DNA from: Candidatus Poseidoniaceae archaeon
Lineage (GTDB): Archaea > Thermoplasmatota > Poseidoniia > Poseidoniales > Poseidoniaceae
Direction: 5' to 3'
DNA: 64,000 bases
Assembly: GCA_949372655.1 (NCBI GenBank)
Contig: CASIAI010000009.1
Location: 156-64,155 of the forward strand
Positions 37,741-47,704 of this stretch are shown piece by piece; the first letter of the stretch is position 1; every line of letters begins with the position of its first letter. The notes beneath the pieces are model-generated. The model was given only the letters and a program-made list of their open reading frames with translations, did not search any database and was not told where the DNA came from. The translations under genes were made by a program, and so were the position numbers.

Positions 37741-38715
37741 ATGCCAATGCATCCACACGCAAAACCGAATTTTAGAAATCTATTTTGGTATCCGTTTAAG
37801 ATTACCTTGATTACAGCACTACGAACCTTCCCAATATTTGGTAAGTTATTTGGAAAGAGGCTATCAGGTGGCTATCACAATACTACACATCCCGAATTTT
37901 TAGATGAAGGTTCTGCGGCTAGAGCGTCGAAGAATTCACAGTTCAACGATATATCACAGCAACAATTTGCCCCCGATAGAGTCACTTCGGATTTATTCCC
38001 TACTCTTTGGAAGCCTCAAACAGTTCAATACCCGTATGAGAGGTTAGAAGATATGGAGCCATGGCTTTTCGTACCAGGGAACTATAACGGAAGAATTGGA
38101 GTCATTTGGGAAACATGTACTGCTTGTAAGTTGTGCGTAACCGCTTGTCCAAACGATTGTTTACACATGACCACAGAACTTCGCGTAGATGTCCTTGATG
38201 GTGCTGAAGGCGAACACGGTGGAATGGGCGCTGAACTAGAGGTTGGCGGATTTGCTGCAAAGCAAATAGAAGAAGTTGTAGATACACTCGAAGACTTCAA
38301 CCACGTCACCGCACACGCTGATACTCCAGACCAGTGGAGATTTGCAGAAGTTCTTGATTTATCAGGAAGTACTGCAACAGTTCGTTGGAATGATTCAGGT
38401 GCTGAACAAGAAGTCGAGGCTGCTGAATTATTCGTAGCAGATGACCAAATTGTATCAGGTAGAATTGACCTTGGACGCTGTATGTTCTGTGGACTTTGTA
38501 TGGAAGCATGTGGATTTACATCTTTCTTTATGACCAATGAATATGATGGAATGTCAGGTTTCTCTCGCCAAGACCTTTGGTTCGATGCAAGCAGAACTAG
38601 AGTTCTACCTTCAGTACATCAAGAAGCAGTAGATTCTGAACTTGCAAAGCGTGCCAACAAAGAACGCGATAAGAGGGCGAAGAAGGCTGCAAGAGCGGCT
38701 AAGGAGAGTGCTTGA
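37741..38715 (+). CDS. nuoI: Complex I-like subunit I (2x[4Fe-4S]) with large insertion
   Basis: TVQYP.E, CTACKLCVTACP and RCMFCGLCMEAC. Confidence 0.9.
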   Translation: MPMHPHAKPNFRNLFWYPFKITLITALRTFPIFGKLFGKRLSGGYHNTTHPEFLDEGSAARASKNSQFNDISQQQFAPDRVTSDLFPTLWKPQTVQYPYERLEDMEPWLFVPGNYNGRIGVIWETCTACKLCVTACPNDCLHMTTELRVDVLDGAEGEHGGMGAELEVGGFAAKQIEEVVDTLEDFNHVTAHADTPDQWRFAEVLDLSGSTATVRWNDSGAEQEVEAAELFVADDQIVSGRIDLGRCMFCGLCMEACGFTSFFMTNEYDGMSGFSRQDLWFDASRTRVLPSVHQEAVDSELAKRANKERDKRAKKAARAAKESA

Positions 38716-38716
38716 T

Positions 38717-38992
38717 GTGGACGTAGGAGCAATTGTTGAGGCAGGGGTATTCTTCCTTTTTGCAACAATCACCATCGGTGGAGCTTTAGGATTAATCCTT
38801 GCTCAAAGAGTTGCTCATTCCATGCTTTCACTAATCTTCTGTTTTATGGCAGTTTCAGGAATCTTTATTCTACTTGGTGCTGAATTTTTAGCAGCCATTC
38901 AAATTTTGGTATATCTTGCCAGCGTAGGTTTGGTTGTACTGTTTGGTATCATGCTTACTAGAAGACAAATACTGGAGGAGGACTTCGAATGA
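38717..38992 (+). CDS. nuoJ: Complex I-like subunit J, N-terminal half (J1)
   Basis: LGAEFLAAIQILVY.....VLFGIML; likely GTG start at 38717. Confidence 0.88.
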   Translation: MDVGAIVEAGVFFLFATITIGGALGLILAQRVAHSMLSLIFCFMAVSGIFILLGAEFLAAIQILVYLASVGLVVLFGIMLTRRQILEEDFE

Positions 38993-39258
38993 AGTTCTTG
39001 TCCTTAGTAACTAGAATTGGCCTTCTTGGCCTTGGTATGATACTTGTTTCAGTACTGAGTGCTGATGAAGTATGGGATAACCCCAGCGATAGTGAGCCAT
39101 CAACAAACGCACTCGCTGACATCATGCTAAATGAATGGGCGCTACCTCTACTTGTCTTAGGTGTGCTAATGTCAGTCGCTATGATTGGAGCAGCATATCT
39201 TGTTCGTGATGAAAGAAGAGAGAATCTTCTTTGGGAATTTGGAGGTGAAGAAGAATGA
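38989..39258 (+). CDS. nuoJ: Complex I-like subunit J, C-terminal half (J2)
   Basis: LP...LGVLM.VAMIGA..L; ATGA overlap with J1. Confidence 0.85.
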   Translation: MKFLSLVTRIGLLGLGMILVSVLSADEVWDNPSDSEPSTNALADIMLNEWALPLLVLGVLMSVAMIGAAYLVRDERRENLLWEFGGEEE

Positions 39259-39557
39259 TAGATCCAGCATGGGTTTCCGCACTTTCAGCATTATTGTTCG
39301 TTATCGGACTTGGTGGAGCATTTACTCGTAAGAATGCGATTATCGTATTGATGTGTATCGAGTTGATGCTTAATGCAGCAAATATGCAATTCGCAGCCGC
39401 TGCAGTTCATCATGGTGATTCTACTGGATGGATTTACACTATTTTTGCAATTGCAATTGCAGCGAGTGAAGTAGCTATCGGATTAGCGATATTCCTTGCT
39501 ATGTATGGTAAGCATGAATCGATATCATTAGACGATGTAGACGTCTTGAGGAACTGA
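39255..39557 (+). CDS. nuoK: Complex I-like subunit K
   Basis: RKN.I..LMCIELMLNAAN and AA.EVAIGLAI. Confidence 0.95.
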   Translation: MIDPAWVSALSALLFVIGLGGAFTRKNAIIVLMCIELMLNAANMQFAAAAVHHGDSTGWIYTIFAIAIAASEVAIGLAIFLAMYGKHESISLDDVDVLRN

Positions 39558-39566
39558 GGTGATTTA

Positions 39567-41822
39567 ATGGCAGGTTCAAGTGGTTCAGGAGTTATACTCG
39601 ACAGCGGAATGGTTCAGTATGCACCATTGATTATTTTACTACCAATGCTAGCATTCCCAGTGATTCTATTCCTGGGTAAGGTTTTCAATAAGAATCCATT
39701 TTGGAAGAATACTTTGAAAGAAGGTGGATTAATTGCATTGCCAGTTATGGCTGCGAGTTTGATTATATCGTTACTATTAATCAAAGACCATCTAGGTAGT
39801 TTTGCTGGAATTAAAGATTCATTAAATATTCTTTGGGTTAATACCAGTGTTTGGGATGGAGGCGTACTTGAGCCTGTAACCCTTGGTTTTGGAATCTATG
39901 TTGACCACGTTACAGTGATGTTATTATTTGTTGCATCATTCCTTTGTCTTCTAATCAATATATTCAGCGTTGGATATATGAATACAGATCCAATTAACGA
40001 TAATAAGAATCATCGATTTTATGCAGAGTTTGTTCTGTTTTGTTCAGCCATGCTCGGTATGGTTCTTGCTGATTCTTTCCTTTGGTTATTCATTTTCTGG
40101 GAGATTATGGGTCTGTGTTCATATCTGTTAATCGGATTTTACTATGAGAAGCCAAGTGCTGCTTATGCGGCTAAGAAAGCGTTCTTGACGACCCGTATTG
40201 GCGATGTATTCCTAATGATTGGTCTTGTAATGATGTGGGACTTATTTGGCTCTCTGGACTATGATGTTGTTTTCAACTCGGACAATATCGCTGAGGTTGC
40301 CGCTCAATCTTCAGGAACTCTTCAATGGGCATTAGGGATGATGTTTATTGGAGCAGTTGGTAAATCTGCACAATTCCCTCTTCACGTTTGGCTACCAGAC
40401 GCTATGGAAGGACCAACGCCTGTTTCTGCTCTTATTCACGCAGCAACAATGGTTAATGCCGGACTATATCTTGTAGCAAGAATGTTCCCATTCTTTGGTG
40501 ATGCATCCATGAGCGGGGAACTTGTTGATTTGGCGTTTATCATTGCATTAATCGGCGGTATCACTGCTGTAATGGCAGCAGCGATTGCCTTTGTTCAGAA
40601 CGATTTGAAGAAAGTTCTAGCATACTCGACAATGAGTCAACTAGCATATATCTTCACAGGACTTGGTTGTGCAATGTATCTGGCTAATACTTTAGATTGG
40701 CAAAATGACGACGGTGCTCATTATATCGTAATCGTAGCATTTGGTGCTGCACTATTCCATCTTTTCAATCACGCCATGGCAAAGGGAATGCTGTTTATGG
40801 CAAGTGGTTCAGTAATACATGAAGTACACCATGCCCACCATCACTTACACCACCATGACGACAATGGAGACGACCATCATGAAGATGACTTCGATGCCCA
40901 ATCTATGGATAATATGGGTGGTCTTGCCTCAAAGATGCCACTTACGGCAACAGCAATGCTAGTCGGTTCTGCTTCTATCATGGGTCTACCTTTCATCGGT
41001 GGCTTCTGGTCTAAAGAGGGAATCATCGCTAATGCTTGGAGAGTCGCTCAAGATGACCCAAGATTCCTAATTCCTGCTATGTGTGTATTAATCGGTGCTG
41101 GAATGACCGGTTTCTATATGTCAAGAATGTGGCTAAAGACATTCGCTGGTAAGCCAAGTAATGAGGTTGCAGCCCATGTAGGTCCAACAAATACTTGGAT
41201 CAAGATACCACTTTTCACTCTAATCTTCGTAACTCTATCCGCTATAATATTTGCAGGAATGGGCTTTACTCATTGGGCACCAGATAGTGAATATAGTTTC
41301 ATGTCAGAAAGAGGCTTAGCGGAAGGAATTGTCTATGAAATGAAGCATGCATTTGCTAATAGCGATTCATTCTTCTTTGTCATCACCTATGTGGCAATTG
41401 CTATTGGGGCTATACTAGGTCCTGGTTTAGCCATGTCTCTTTATGGTGGTAATTTGGCTGAAGGTGAACAAACTAAGCCTTGGATGAAGCCAGTCATAAG
41501 ACTGAATGCTTGGGTTTACGCCCGTTTCAACTTCAACAACAGTTCAATTGCAGAATCTAGTCTGACTAGAGCACTTGAGCAGAGATTGTATATCGATTAT
41601 TACTATGATATGGCTATGCTTAAGATTGTAGCAGCCTTTTCCAAGAAGTCTGCTGAAGCAGATACTTTGGTAATAGATGGAACAATCAAGAGTATCGAAA
41701 GAGGTTCACAGTCTCTATCTACTTTGGTTCGCTCGCTAACCACAGGTTCTGCAAGAGATTATATTTTGATGATTTCAGTTGGAACATTGGCGATATTCTT
41801 CTTCCTATGGGGGGTGGCATGA
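39567..41822 (+). CDS. nuoL: Complex I-like subunit L
   Basis: GKSAQFPLHVWLPDAMEGPTPVSALIHAATMV and KKVLAYSTMSQL. Confidence 0.96.
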   Translation: MAGSSGSGVILDSGMVQYAPLIILLPMLAFPVILFLGKVFNKNPFWKNTLKEGGLIALPVMAASLIISLLLIKDHLGSFAGIKDSLNILWVNTSVWDGGVLEPVTLGFGIYVDHVTVMLLFVASFLCLLINIFSVGYMNTDPINDNKNHRFYAEFVLFCSAMLGMVLADSFLWLFIFWEIMGLCSYLLIGFYYEKPSAAYAAKKAFLTTRIGDVFLMIGLVMMWDLFGSLDYDVVFNSDNIAEVAAQSSGTLQWALGMMFIGAVGKSAQFPLHVWLPDAMEGPTPVSALIHAATMVNAGLYLVARMFPFFGDASMSGELVDLAFIIALIGGITAVMAAAIAFVQNDLKKVLAYSTMSQLAYIFTGLGCAMYLANTLDWQNDDGAHYIVIVAFGAALFHLFNHAMAKGMLFMASGSVIHEVHHAHHHLHHHDDNGDDHHEDDFDAQSMDNMGGLASKMPLTATAMLVGSASIMGLPFIGGFWSKEGIIANAWRVAQDDPRFLIPAMCVLIGAGMTGFYMSRMWLKTFAGKPSNEVAAHVGPTNTWIKIPLFTLIFVTLSAIIFAGMGFTHWAPDSEYSFMSERGLAEGIVYEMKHAFANSDSFFFVITYVAIAIGAILGPGLAMSLYGGNLAEGEQTKPWMKPVIRLNAWVYARFNFNNSSIAESSLTRALEQRLYIDYYYDMAMLKIVAAFSKKSAEADTLVIDGTIKSIERGSQSLSTLVRSLTTGSARDYILMISVGTLAIFFFLWGVA

Positions 41823-43451
41823 TTGAATGATTGGATTTCGATTCCATTAGTGGCTTTCCCACTGATAAGTAGCATGATTTTGTTAGGATTTGTTTCCAAT
41901 GCTTCGCCAAGAGTTCGTGAGGGACTGGTTAAGCCGATTAGAATGGCTTGTCTAGTATTTTCACTTCTTCTACTCGTTTTGACAACTGGAATGTTCTTCC
42001 AGTATTTCGGAAATGTTTCTTGGATGGATATTCAATTCAATGATTATGAATACATGGCTAGTTATTCATGGATTGACTCTTTAGGAATAAACTGGACTGT
42101 TGGATTAGATGCCTTATCTTTCCCAATGGTTTGGTTGACAACTTTCTTACTTCCAGTTACTATTATTGCAACATGGAATGAAAAGTATGGCGCCACATAT
42201 TTCCCTCTGCTATTGATGATGGGAGGAGCTTTGATTGGAGTATTTGTATCTCTTGACTTGTTTATGTTCTATGTATTCTGGGAACTTACTCTAATTCCAA
42301 TGTTTTTCTTGATTCTAAAGTGGGGAGGAACAGATAGAAAGTATGCTGCTCAAAAATTCTTCATCTATACCTTTACTGCTTCAGTAATAATGCTACTTGG
42401 TCTAATCACTCTATTCTTCTTACAAGAGCCAAACACCCTTGCATCAGCAGGTACAATGACTGGACGTAGTTTCTCGATACCAGAATTGATTGATTCTGCC
42501 AGAACTGCAAATGTCGGTGATAACTGGTTCCTTGGTAAGACAATGCAGAATATTTTATTCGTAATGTTGATGATTGGTTTCTTAGTAAAATTACCAGCAG
42601 TTCCTTTCCACACTTGGCTGCCTGATGCTCACGTTCAAGCACCAACTGGTGGTTCAATGCTATTAGCAGGTGTAATGCTGAAGATGGGTGCTTACGGAAT
42701 GTTTAGACTGCCGTTAAGCCTATTCCCACACGCCCTATACCACTTCCAACTAGCATTGATGATTATTGGAATGGTATCCCTTGTATGGGGTGCAATTGTT
42801 TGTTTGGGTCAAACTAATTTGAAGAAAATGGTTGCCTATTCCTCAGTATCTCACATGGGAGTAATTCTGATCGGTATTGCTACAATGCAACCTATGGGTT
42901 GGGCAGCAGCACTATTCATGATGTTTGCTCACGGAATAATCAGCCCAATGCTGTTCGCAGTTTGTGGTGCTTTCAAACATCATTACCATAGTATGGAAAT
43001 TGGTGCTATGCGTGGAATGGCAAAGCATTCTCCATGGCTTGCAACATCTATGATGTTTGCATGGATGGCTTCTTTGGGTCTACCGCTTCTAGCAGGTTTC
43101 GTTGCAGAATTAATGATGCTAATCGCTTTATGGCACATGATTTCACTAGATGGATGGAGTATCTGGTGGATGGTCGGTCCTGCACTAGTACTCGCTTTGA
43201 CTGCCGCCTACTATCTGTGGTCTATGCAGAGAACAATTTTCGAAGGTGGCGAGGAGACTCAACCACCAGCATCAATGGCGGGTCAAATCATCCCCGACAT
43301 CTCAAATTCAGAGAAGTTTGCAATGTTAATTTTAGCCTTCTTCACTATTCTATTCGGTGTAATGCCATGGATTGCCCTAGATATGATGGATGATTGGACC
43401 AAACAGATATTCGAGGGATTGATAGTATTTGTTGGAAAGGGAGGTGCCTGA
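41823..43451 (+). CDS. nuoM: Complex I-like subunit M
   Basis: KLP.VPFHTWLPDAHVQAPT.GSMLLAGV.LKMG and AYSSVSHMG. Confidence 0.96.
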   Translation: MNDWISIPLVAFPLISSMILLGFVSNASPRVREGLVKPIRMACLVFSLLLLVLTTGMFFQYFGNVSWMDIQFNDYEYMASYSWIDSLGINWTVGLDALSFPMVWLTTFLLPVTIIATWNEKYGATYFPLLLMMGGALIGVFVSLDLFMFYVFWELTLIPMFFLILKWGGTDRKYAAQKFFIYTFTASVIMLLGLITLFFLQEPNTLASAGTMTGRSFSIPELIDSARTANVGDNWFLGKTMQNILFVMLMIGFLVKLPAVPFHTWLPDAHVQAPTGGSMLLAGVMLKMGAYGMFRLPLSLFPHALYHFQLALMIIGMVSLVWGAIVCLGQTNLKKMVAYSSVSHMGVILIGIATMQPMGWAAALFMMFAHGIISPMLFAVCGAFKHHYHSMEIGAMRGMAKHSPWLATSMMFAWMASLGLPLLAGFVAELMMLIALWHMISLDGWSIWWMVGPALVLALTAAYYLWSMQRTIFEGGEETQPPASMAGQIIPDISNSEKFAMLILAFFTILFGVMPWIALDMMDDWTKQIFEGLIVFVGKGGA

Positions 43452-43452
43452 T

Positions 43453-45180
43453 ATGTCCGACTTGAAAACTGTAGAACCATTTGGTGAAGGATTCATTTCA
43501 GCACTCTGTCCTGAATTAATTTTGTTTGCAGGTTTAATCTTACTAATTGTAATACCAAATCTCGGCAGTGGTAAGTTTAGAATCCCTGGAACTCAAACAA
43601 GAGTTCCTTGGCTACTTGGCGGTAATAGATTCAAATTAACCAGTGACCCAAGACTGCCTTCATGGATTGCAGTTTTGACTATAGGAACATCCTTTGTGAT
43701 GACAATTCTTTCATTCCAAGATGGTGTTGAGAGAACTGCTATTGTCAGTGAAGGTGGAACTCAAATTCTAATGATAAATGCATTTAGTCGAGTCTTCGAA
43801 CTGATATTCTTTGGTGCTTTGACTCTTGCCTCTTTTGCTTGTATGAACCGATTGGATGTCAAAGGAATCGGTGCAAAATTATCTACTGAAGAACTGTACA
43901 ATAACAGAAGACAAGGAGACTTTTACATCTTGATGATTACCTGTGCTCTGGGAATGTCCATCGTTGCTCTAGCACAAGACCTATTTGTACTATTCATAGG
44001 TCTTGAATTAGCGTCTTTCTCAACATATGTACTGGTTGCTTTCTTCAAGGAATCAAAGTCTGGAACCGAAGCAGGAATGAAATATTTCATCGTCGGTTCA
44101 GTTGCTTCTGGAGTAGGATTGTATGGTTTGTCAATGTTGTACCTATGGGCAGGTTCTCTACAATTAGATGTATTAGCAACTACATTCGCCCAATCTGGAA
44201 ATGAAGCATTGCCAATGATTGGTATTGGCTTTGTCCTAGTTGGCTTTGGTTTCAAGGTCAGTGCAGCACCATTCCACTTTGCAGCGCCAGATGCTTATTC
44301 TGGTGCGAGTAGTCCTGTAGCAGGAGTTCTTGCAACTGCGAGTAAAGCAATGGGTATTGTCGGTCTTTTGAGAATACTATTGATTGTAGCAGCACCTGAA
44401 TCTAGCGAGGATGGAACCGTTTGGCTTGTATGTCTTGGATTATTATCTATTATCACCATGACATGGGGTAACCTAGCGGCTCTTGGTAGTACTAATCCTA
44501 AGAGAATGCTAGCTTATTCTTCTGTAGCTCATGCTGGATATATGCTGGCAGCAATCACTGCCATTGGAGCATGGAACTGGGATGAAACATTATCTGGTGA
44601 TCCTGGTGAAGCAGCAGTAGTTGTTTTAGCAGCATTGATATTCCACTTGATGGTATTAGTGGCTTTCAAGTTAGGGGCTTTCCTAGTGCTTTCGGTTCTT
44701 GAATCCGAAGGCGGCGGCTCTAAACTATCTTCTCTTGGCGGACTTGCTAAAAGGGAACCATTCCTTGCAGTGGCCATGTTTATCTTCATGATTTCATTAG
44801 CAGGTGTTCCTCCTTTGGCTGGCTTTGTATCGAAGTTACTAGTCATAATGGGTATCGTTAAGGTGGCTCTTGGTGATATGAGTGAAGCACTATCTACTGG
44901 AAGTGAACTTGGTCTATCTGATGTTCATTGGGTGTGGTGGCTAGCATTAGCAATGGTTATCAATTCTGCAATTTCAGTATATTATTACCTACGAATTGTC
45001 GTTGTAATGTTCTTTGAAGAAGCAGAAGAAGGAAGAAGTGGACCTCTTCCGAATGGATGGCAGGTTCGCTTCGCAATTCTTGTTTGTCTAATCGCAACAT
45101 TATTCATGGGAGTTGCAAGTGAAAAGATTCTTCAAATCTGTGAAACAGCAGCGCAAAGTTTCAATTATAATTGGGCTTGA
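43453..45180 (+). CDS. nuoN: Complex I-like subunit N
   Basis: EAG.KYF..GS, FKVSAAPFH..APD.Y.G, KRMLAYSSVAHAGY and SLAGVPP.AGF..K. Confidence 0.95.
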   Translation: MSDLKTVEPFGEGFISALCPELILFAGLILLIVIPNLGSGKFRIPGTQTRVPWLLGGNRFKLTSDPRLPSWIAVLTIGTSFVMTILSFQDGVERTAIVSEGGTQILMINAFSRVFELIFFGALTLASFACMNRLDVKGIGAKLSTEELYNNRRQGDFYILMITCALGMSIVALAQDLFVLFIGLELASFSTYVLVAFFKESKSGTEAGMKYFIVGSVASGVGLYGLSMLYLWAGSLQLDVLATTFAQSGNEALPMIGIGFVLVGFGFKVSAAPFHFAAPDAYSGASSPVAGVLATASKAMGIVGLLRILLIVAAPESSEDGTVWLVCLGLLSIITMTWGNLAALGSTNPKRMLAYSSVAHAGYMLAAITAIGAWNWDETLSGDPGEAAVVVLAALIFHLMVLVAFKLGAFLVLSVLESEGGGSKLSSLGGLAKREPFLAVAMFIFMISLAGVPPLAGFVSKLLVIMGIVKVALGDMSEALSTGSELGLSDVHWVWWLALAMVINSAISVYYYLRIVVVMFFEEAEEGRSGPLPNGWQVRFAILVCLIATLFMGVASEKILQICETAAQSFNYNWA

Positions 45181-45245
45181 AATACTGCTTAAACGGGTGA
45201 TGCCTTCAATAAGGGTTGACTATCAGCCCATATTAGTGAGACATT

Positions 45246-45920
45246 GTGGGTCGAAGACGTGAAGAAAAAGTAGACGTTGAAGAACTAGCCCGTCTAGAGA
45301 ATCCTGAAGATGGTTCATCAGGAAAGATCCGTGTCAAAATGCCAAATCGCAAAATAAACGAAATGTTTGCTTTAGCAGAGCAGATACTCGGTGGTCGAAG
45401 AGTTACTATTCTATGTGAAGATGGTGAGACTAGATTAGCAAGAATTCCTGGCAAGATGAGAAGAAGACAATGGGTTAGAGAAGGTGACCTGATTATTGTT
45501 TGGCCTTGGGATTTTCAAGATGCTAAAGCCGATGTTAAGCACCGTTATACTAAGACTCAAGCAATGTATTTATCGCGTAAAGGTGTTCTACCTGATGATG
45601 TAGATGTCTTTGGAATGAATGTTTCACATGACGATGATGATGAACATGATGACCTATTTGGTACAGTTGATGATGATGAAGATGACTTGTTCGGCGAAGC
45701 TGATACTCCTGACGAAGGTGATGATGATTTATTTGGTGATGATAGTGATGATTCAACCTCTGAAGAAGAAGTTTCAGAAGACAAGGCTGAAGTTTCAGAA
45801 GATAAGGCTGAAGAGCCTGAAGAAGAATTTGAGGCAGTCGAGCAATATCCTAGTACTGAAGAAGAAGGCGATGATGGTGATGAAGATGAAGACATTGACA
45901 TCGATTCATTATTTGGTTAA
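45246..45920 (+). CDS. eif1a: Translation initiation factor aIF1A with long acidic C-terminal tail
   Basis: LGG.RV...CEDG.TR.ARIPGKMRRR.WVREGD.IIV.PWDFQD.KAD...RY. Confidence 0.93.
   Translation: MGRRREEKVDVEELARLENPEDGSSGKIRVKMPNRKINEMFALAEQILGGRRVTILCEDGETRLARIPGKMRRRQWVREGDLIIVWPWDFQDAKADVKHRYTKTQAMYLSRKGVLPDDVDVFGMNVSHDDDDEHDDLFGTVDDDEDDLFGEADTPDEGDDDLFGDDSDDSTSEEEVSEDKAEVSEDKAEEPEEEFEAVEQYPSTEEEGDDGDEDEDIDIDSLFG
45768..45809 (+). repeat. 21-nt tandem duplication (EVSEDKA x2)
   Basis: GAAGTTTCAGAAGA(C/T)AAGGCT occurs twice. Confidence 0.85.
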
Positions 45921-45934
45921 GATAAATTGACCTT

Positions 45935-46933
45935 ATGGGTGGTCAAATGAAAGATTTAGATGATGACTGGGATGAACTTGCCATCAACAAGAATCGCCGA
46001 CGTCTTAAGAAGTCAAACTACAAGAGTTCAGAGCATCAGAAAGATGCTGAGTTTTCTCGCTTTGAAGAAAATAAATTCATACGAACTCTAGAGAATACCT
46101 CTGGGAAATATTCTTGGATGAAGGAAAAGCGATACAAAACAATGTTTAGAAAAATCGAAGATAAAATCGAAGGCGCTATGGGTAAAGGCACTTTTGAGTG
46201 GGTTGACCGTAGAGTTTTTGACCAAGTTTTCGATAGATTAACCTTGATGTCTTTGTACAAACTTATGACAAATGGAGTTCTTGATACTCTTGATTTCCCT
46301 GTGGCTAGAGGGAAAGAGGCTCACGTATTTCATGGCACAGATGTCGATGGAAATCCATTAGCAGTGAAGATATTCCATACCTCTAACGCAGTTTTCAAGA
46401 ACCTTATGCAGTATATCGAAGGTGACCCAAGGTTTACTGGATTGAGGCGCAGACATCGAGATTTAGTCGATATATGGGTTCGTAAAGAACAGAGAAACTT
46501 GACACGTTTAGCAAAGTGGGGCCTTAGAGTGCCAAGACCGTTAGGATTACACAAGAATGTTCTAGTAATGGAGTATTTGGGTGATAAAACCTCACCATTT
46601 CCGAAACTTCGAGAAGTGAAGGTTGAAGACCCACAACCTGTTTATGATGAGTTACTGGAATTTTTGGCGGTAGCATGGCAGAAAGCTAATTTGGTACATG
46701 GAGATTTTTCCCCTTACAATATTTTGTGGAATAATGAAAATAAGCCAGTGGTAATAGATGTAGGTCAAGCAGTAATACAATCACATCCAAAGGCACAAGA
46801 TTTCCTTGTTAGAGATGTCACTAGATTGGTCCAATGGGGACAAAAAAACAACTTAGAAGTGGATTTGGCTGAAGCGATTTATGAGGTGCTCAATATGGAC
46901 TTAAGCCACATAAAAGAAATTGCGATCGATTAA
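45935..46933 (+). CDS. rio1: RIO1 serine/threonine kinase
   Basis: GKEAHVF, AVKIF, Y..GDPRF, LVHGDFSPYNIL and IDVGQAV. Confidence 0.93.
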   Translation: MGGQMKDLDDDWDELAINKNRRRLKKSNYKSSEHQKDAEFSRFEENKFIRTLENTSGKYSWMKEKRYKTMFRKIEDKIEGAMGKGTFEWVDRRVFDQVFDRLTLMSLYKLMTNGVLDTLDFPVARGKEAHVFHGTDVDGNPLAVKIFHTSNAVFKNLMQYIEGDPRFTGLRRRHRDLVDIWVRKEQRNLTRLAKWGLRVPRPLGLHKNVLVMEYLGDKTSPFPKLREVKVEDPQPVYDELLEFLAVAWQKANLVHGDFSPYNILWNNENKPVVIDVGQAVIQSHPKAQDFLVRDVTRLVQWGQKNNLEVDLAEAIYEVLNMDLSHIKEIAID

Positions 46934-46935
46934 AA

Positions 46936-47679
46936 TCACTCTTCTTCCCAACTTACTACTTCATCTTCTGAGAGTTCCATCATTTCTTCGACAGCCTCTT
47001 CATCCTTAGGGTCTACTTGTGATGCCCTCATTCTTCGAGAGCGTCTATCACTAATTTCTGCTAGCCCAGGTACTAAGTTTTCAAACCCAACATTTGTTGC
47101 TGGGTCATCCTTGAGTTGGATTGAATCAAGAGAACGATTTGACAGTTTTGTTCTTCTTCTATCCTTTTCTAAATAGTTTAGAACAGAACCATGTTCCGAG
47201 CCACCTGCAAGCATTTCAATTGCCTGTTGAGCAGCAAAAAGCCCTTCCTCTTCACCAATAATAACTACAGTAGATTTGTAGATTGTAATTTCAGTATCGG
47301 TTAGATTTTCGATTAACTTTCTAATTTTCCCTTGGCTACCAATAATCCTCGACCTTATTCTACGTTGTTGATTGGAGCGTTTACCAACGAAGTCTCTTAG
47401 GTCGACCATTTCGAAGAAATGTTGTTCTTCAAATAACCTTAATGCTGCCTTAGGAGCCATTCCTCTTCCGATAGCCTTGATTACATTTGGTAACTTCATT
47501 GCTTTGACTGGGTCGTAAGAACCGGCTTCTCCCCAAACAACTTCGACTTCTCCATTATCTGAATCAATATTCAGTTCTCTACAGCCAGCTGAGTTTCTCA
47601 AAGCCCTTGCAGTTACTCCCTTAGCCCCGATTAAGACAGCAATCCTGTCTTTTGGAACCTTAGGCAGTGCTTGGCGCAT
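46936..47679 (-). CDS. dim2: KH-domain pre-rRNA processing protein (Dim2/Pno1)
   Basis: VPKDRIAVLIG..G, IKAIGRG and RIIG..GK.R..IE..T...G..H..V; ATG at 47679 preferred. Confidence 0.9.
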   Translation of the reverse strand: MRQALPKVPKDRIAVLIGAKGVTARALRNSAGCRELNIDSDNGEVEVVWGEAGSYDPVKAMKLPNVIKAIGRGMAPKAALRLFEEQHFFEMVDLRDFVGKRSNQQRRIRSRIIGSQGKIRKLIENLTDTEITIYKSTVVIIGEEEGLFAAQQAIEMLAGGSEHGSVLNYLEKDRRRTKLSNRSLDSIQLKDDPATNVGFENLVPGLAEISDRRSRRMRASQVDPKDEEAVEEMMELSEDEVVSWEEE

Positions 47680-47704
47680 AAACCGTCCTGCCACCCTTCT
47701 CTTT

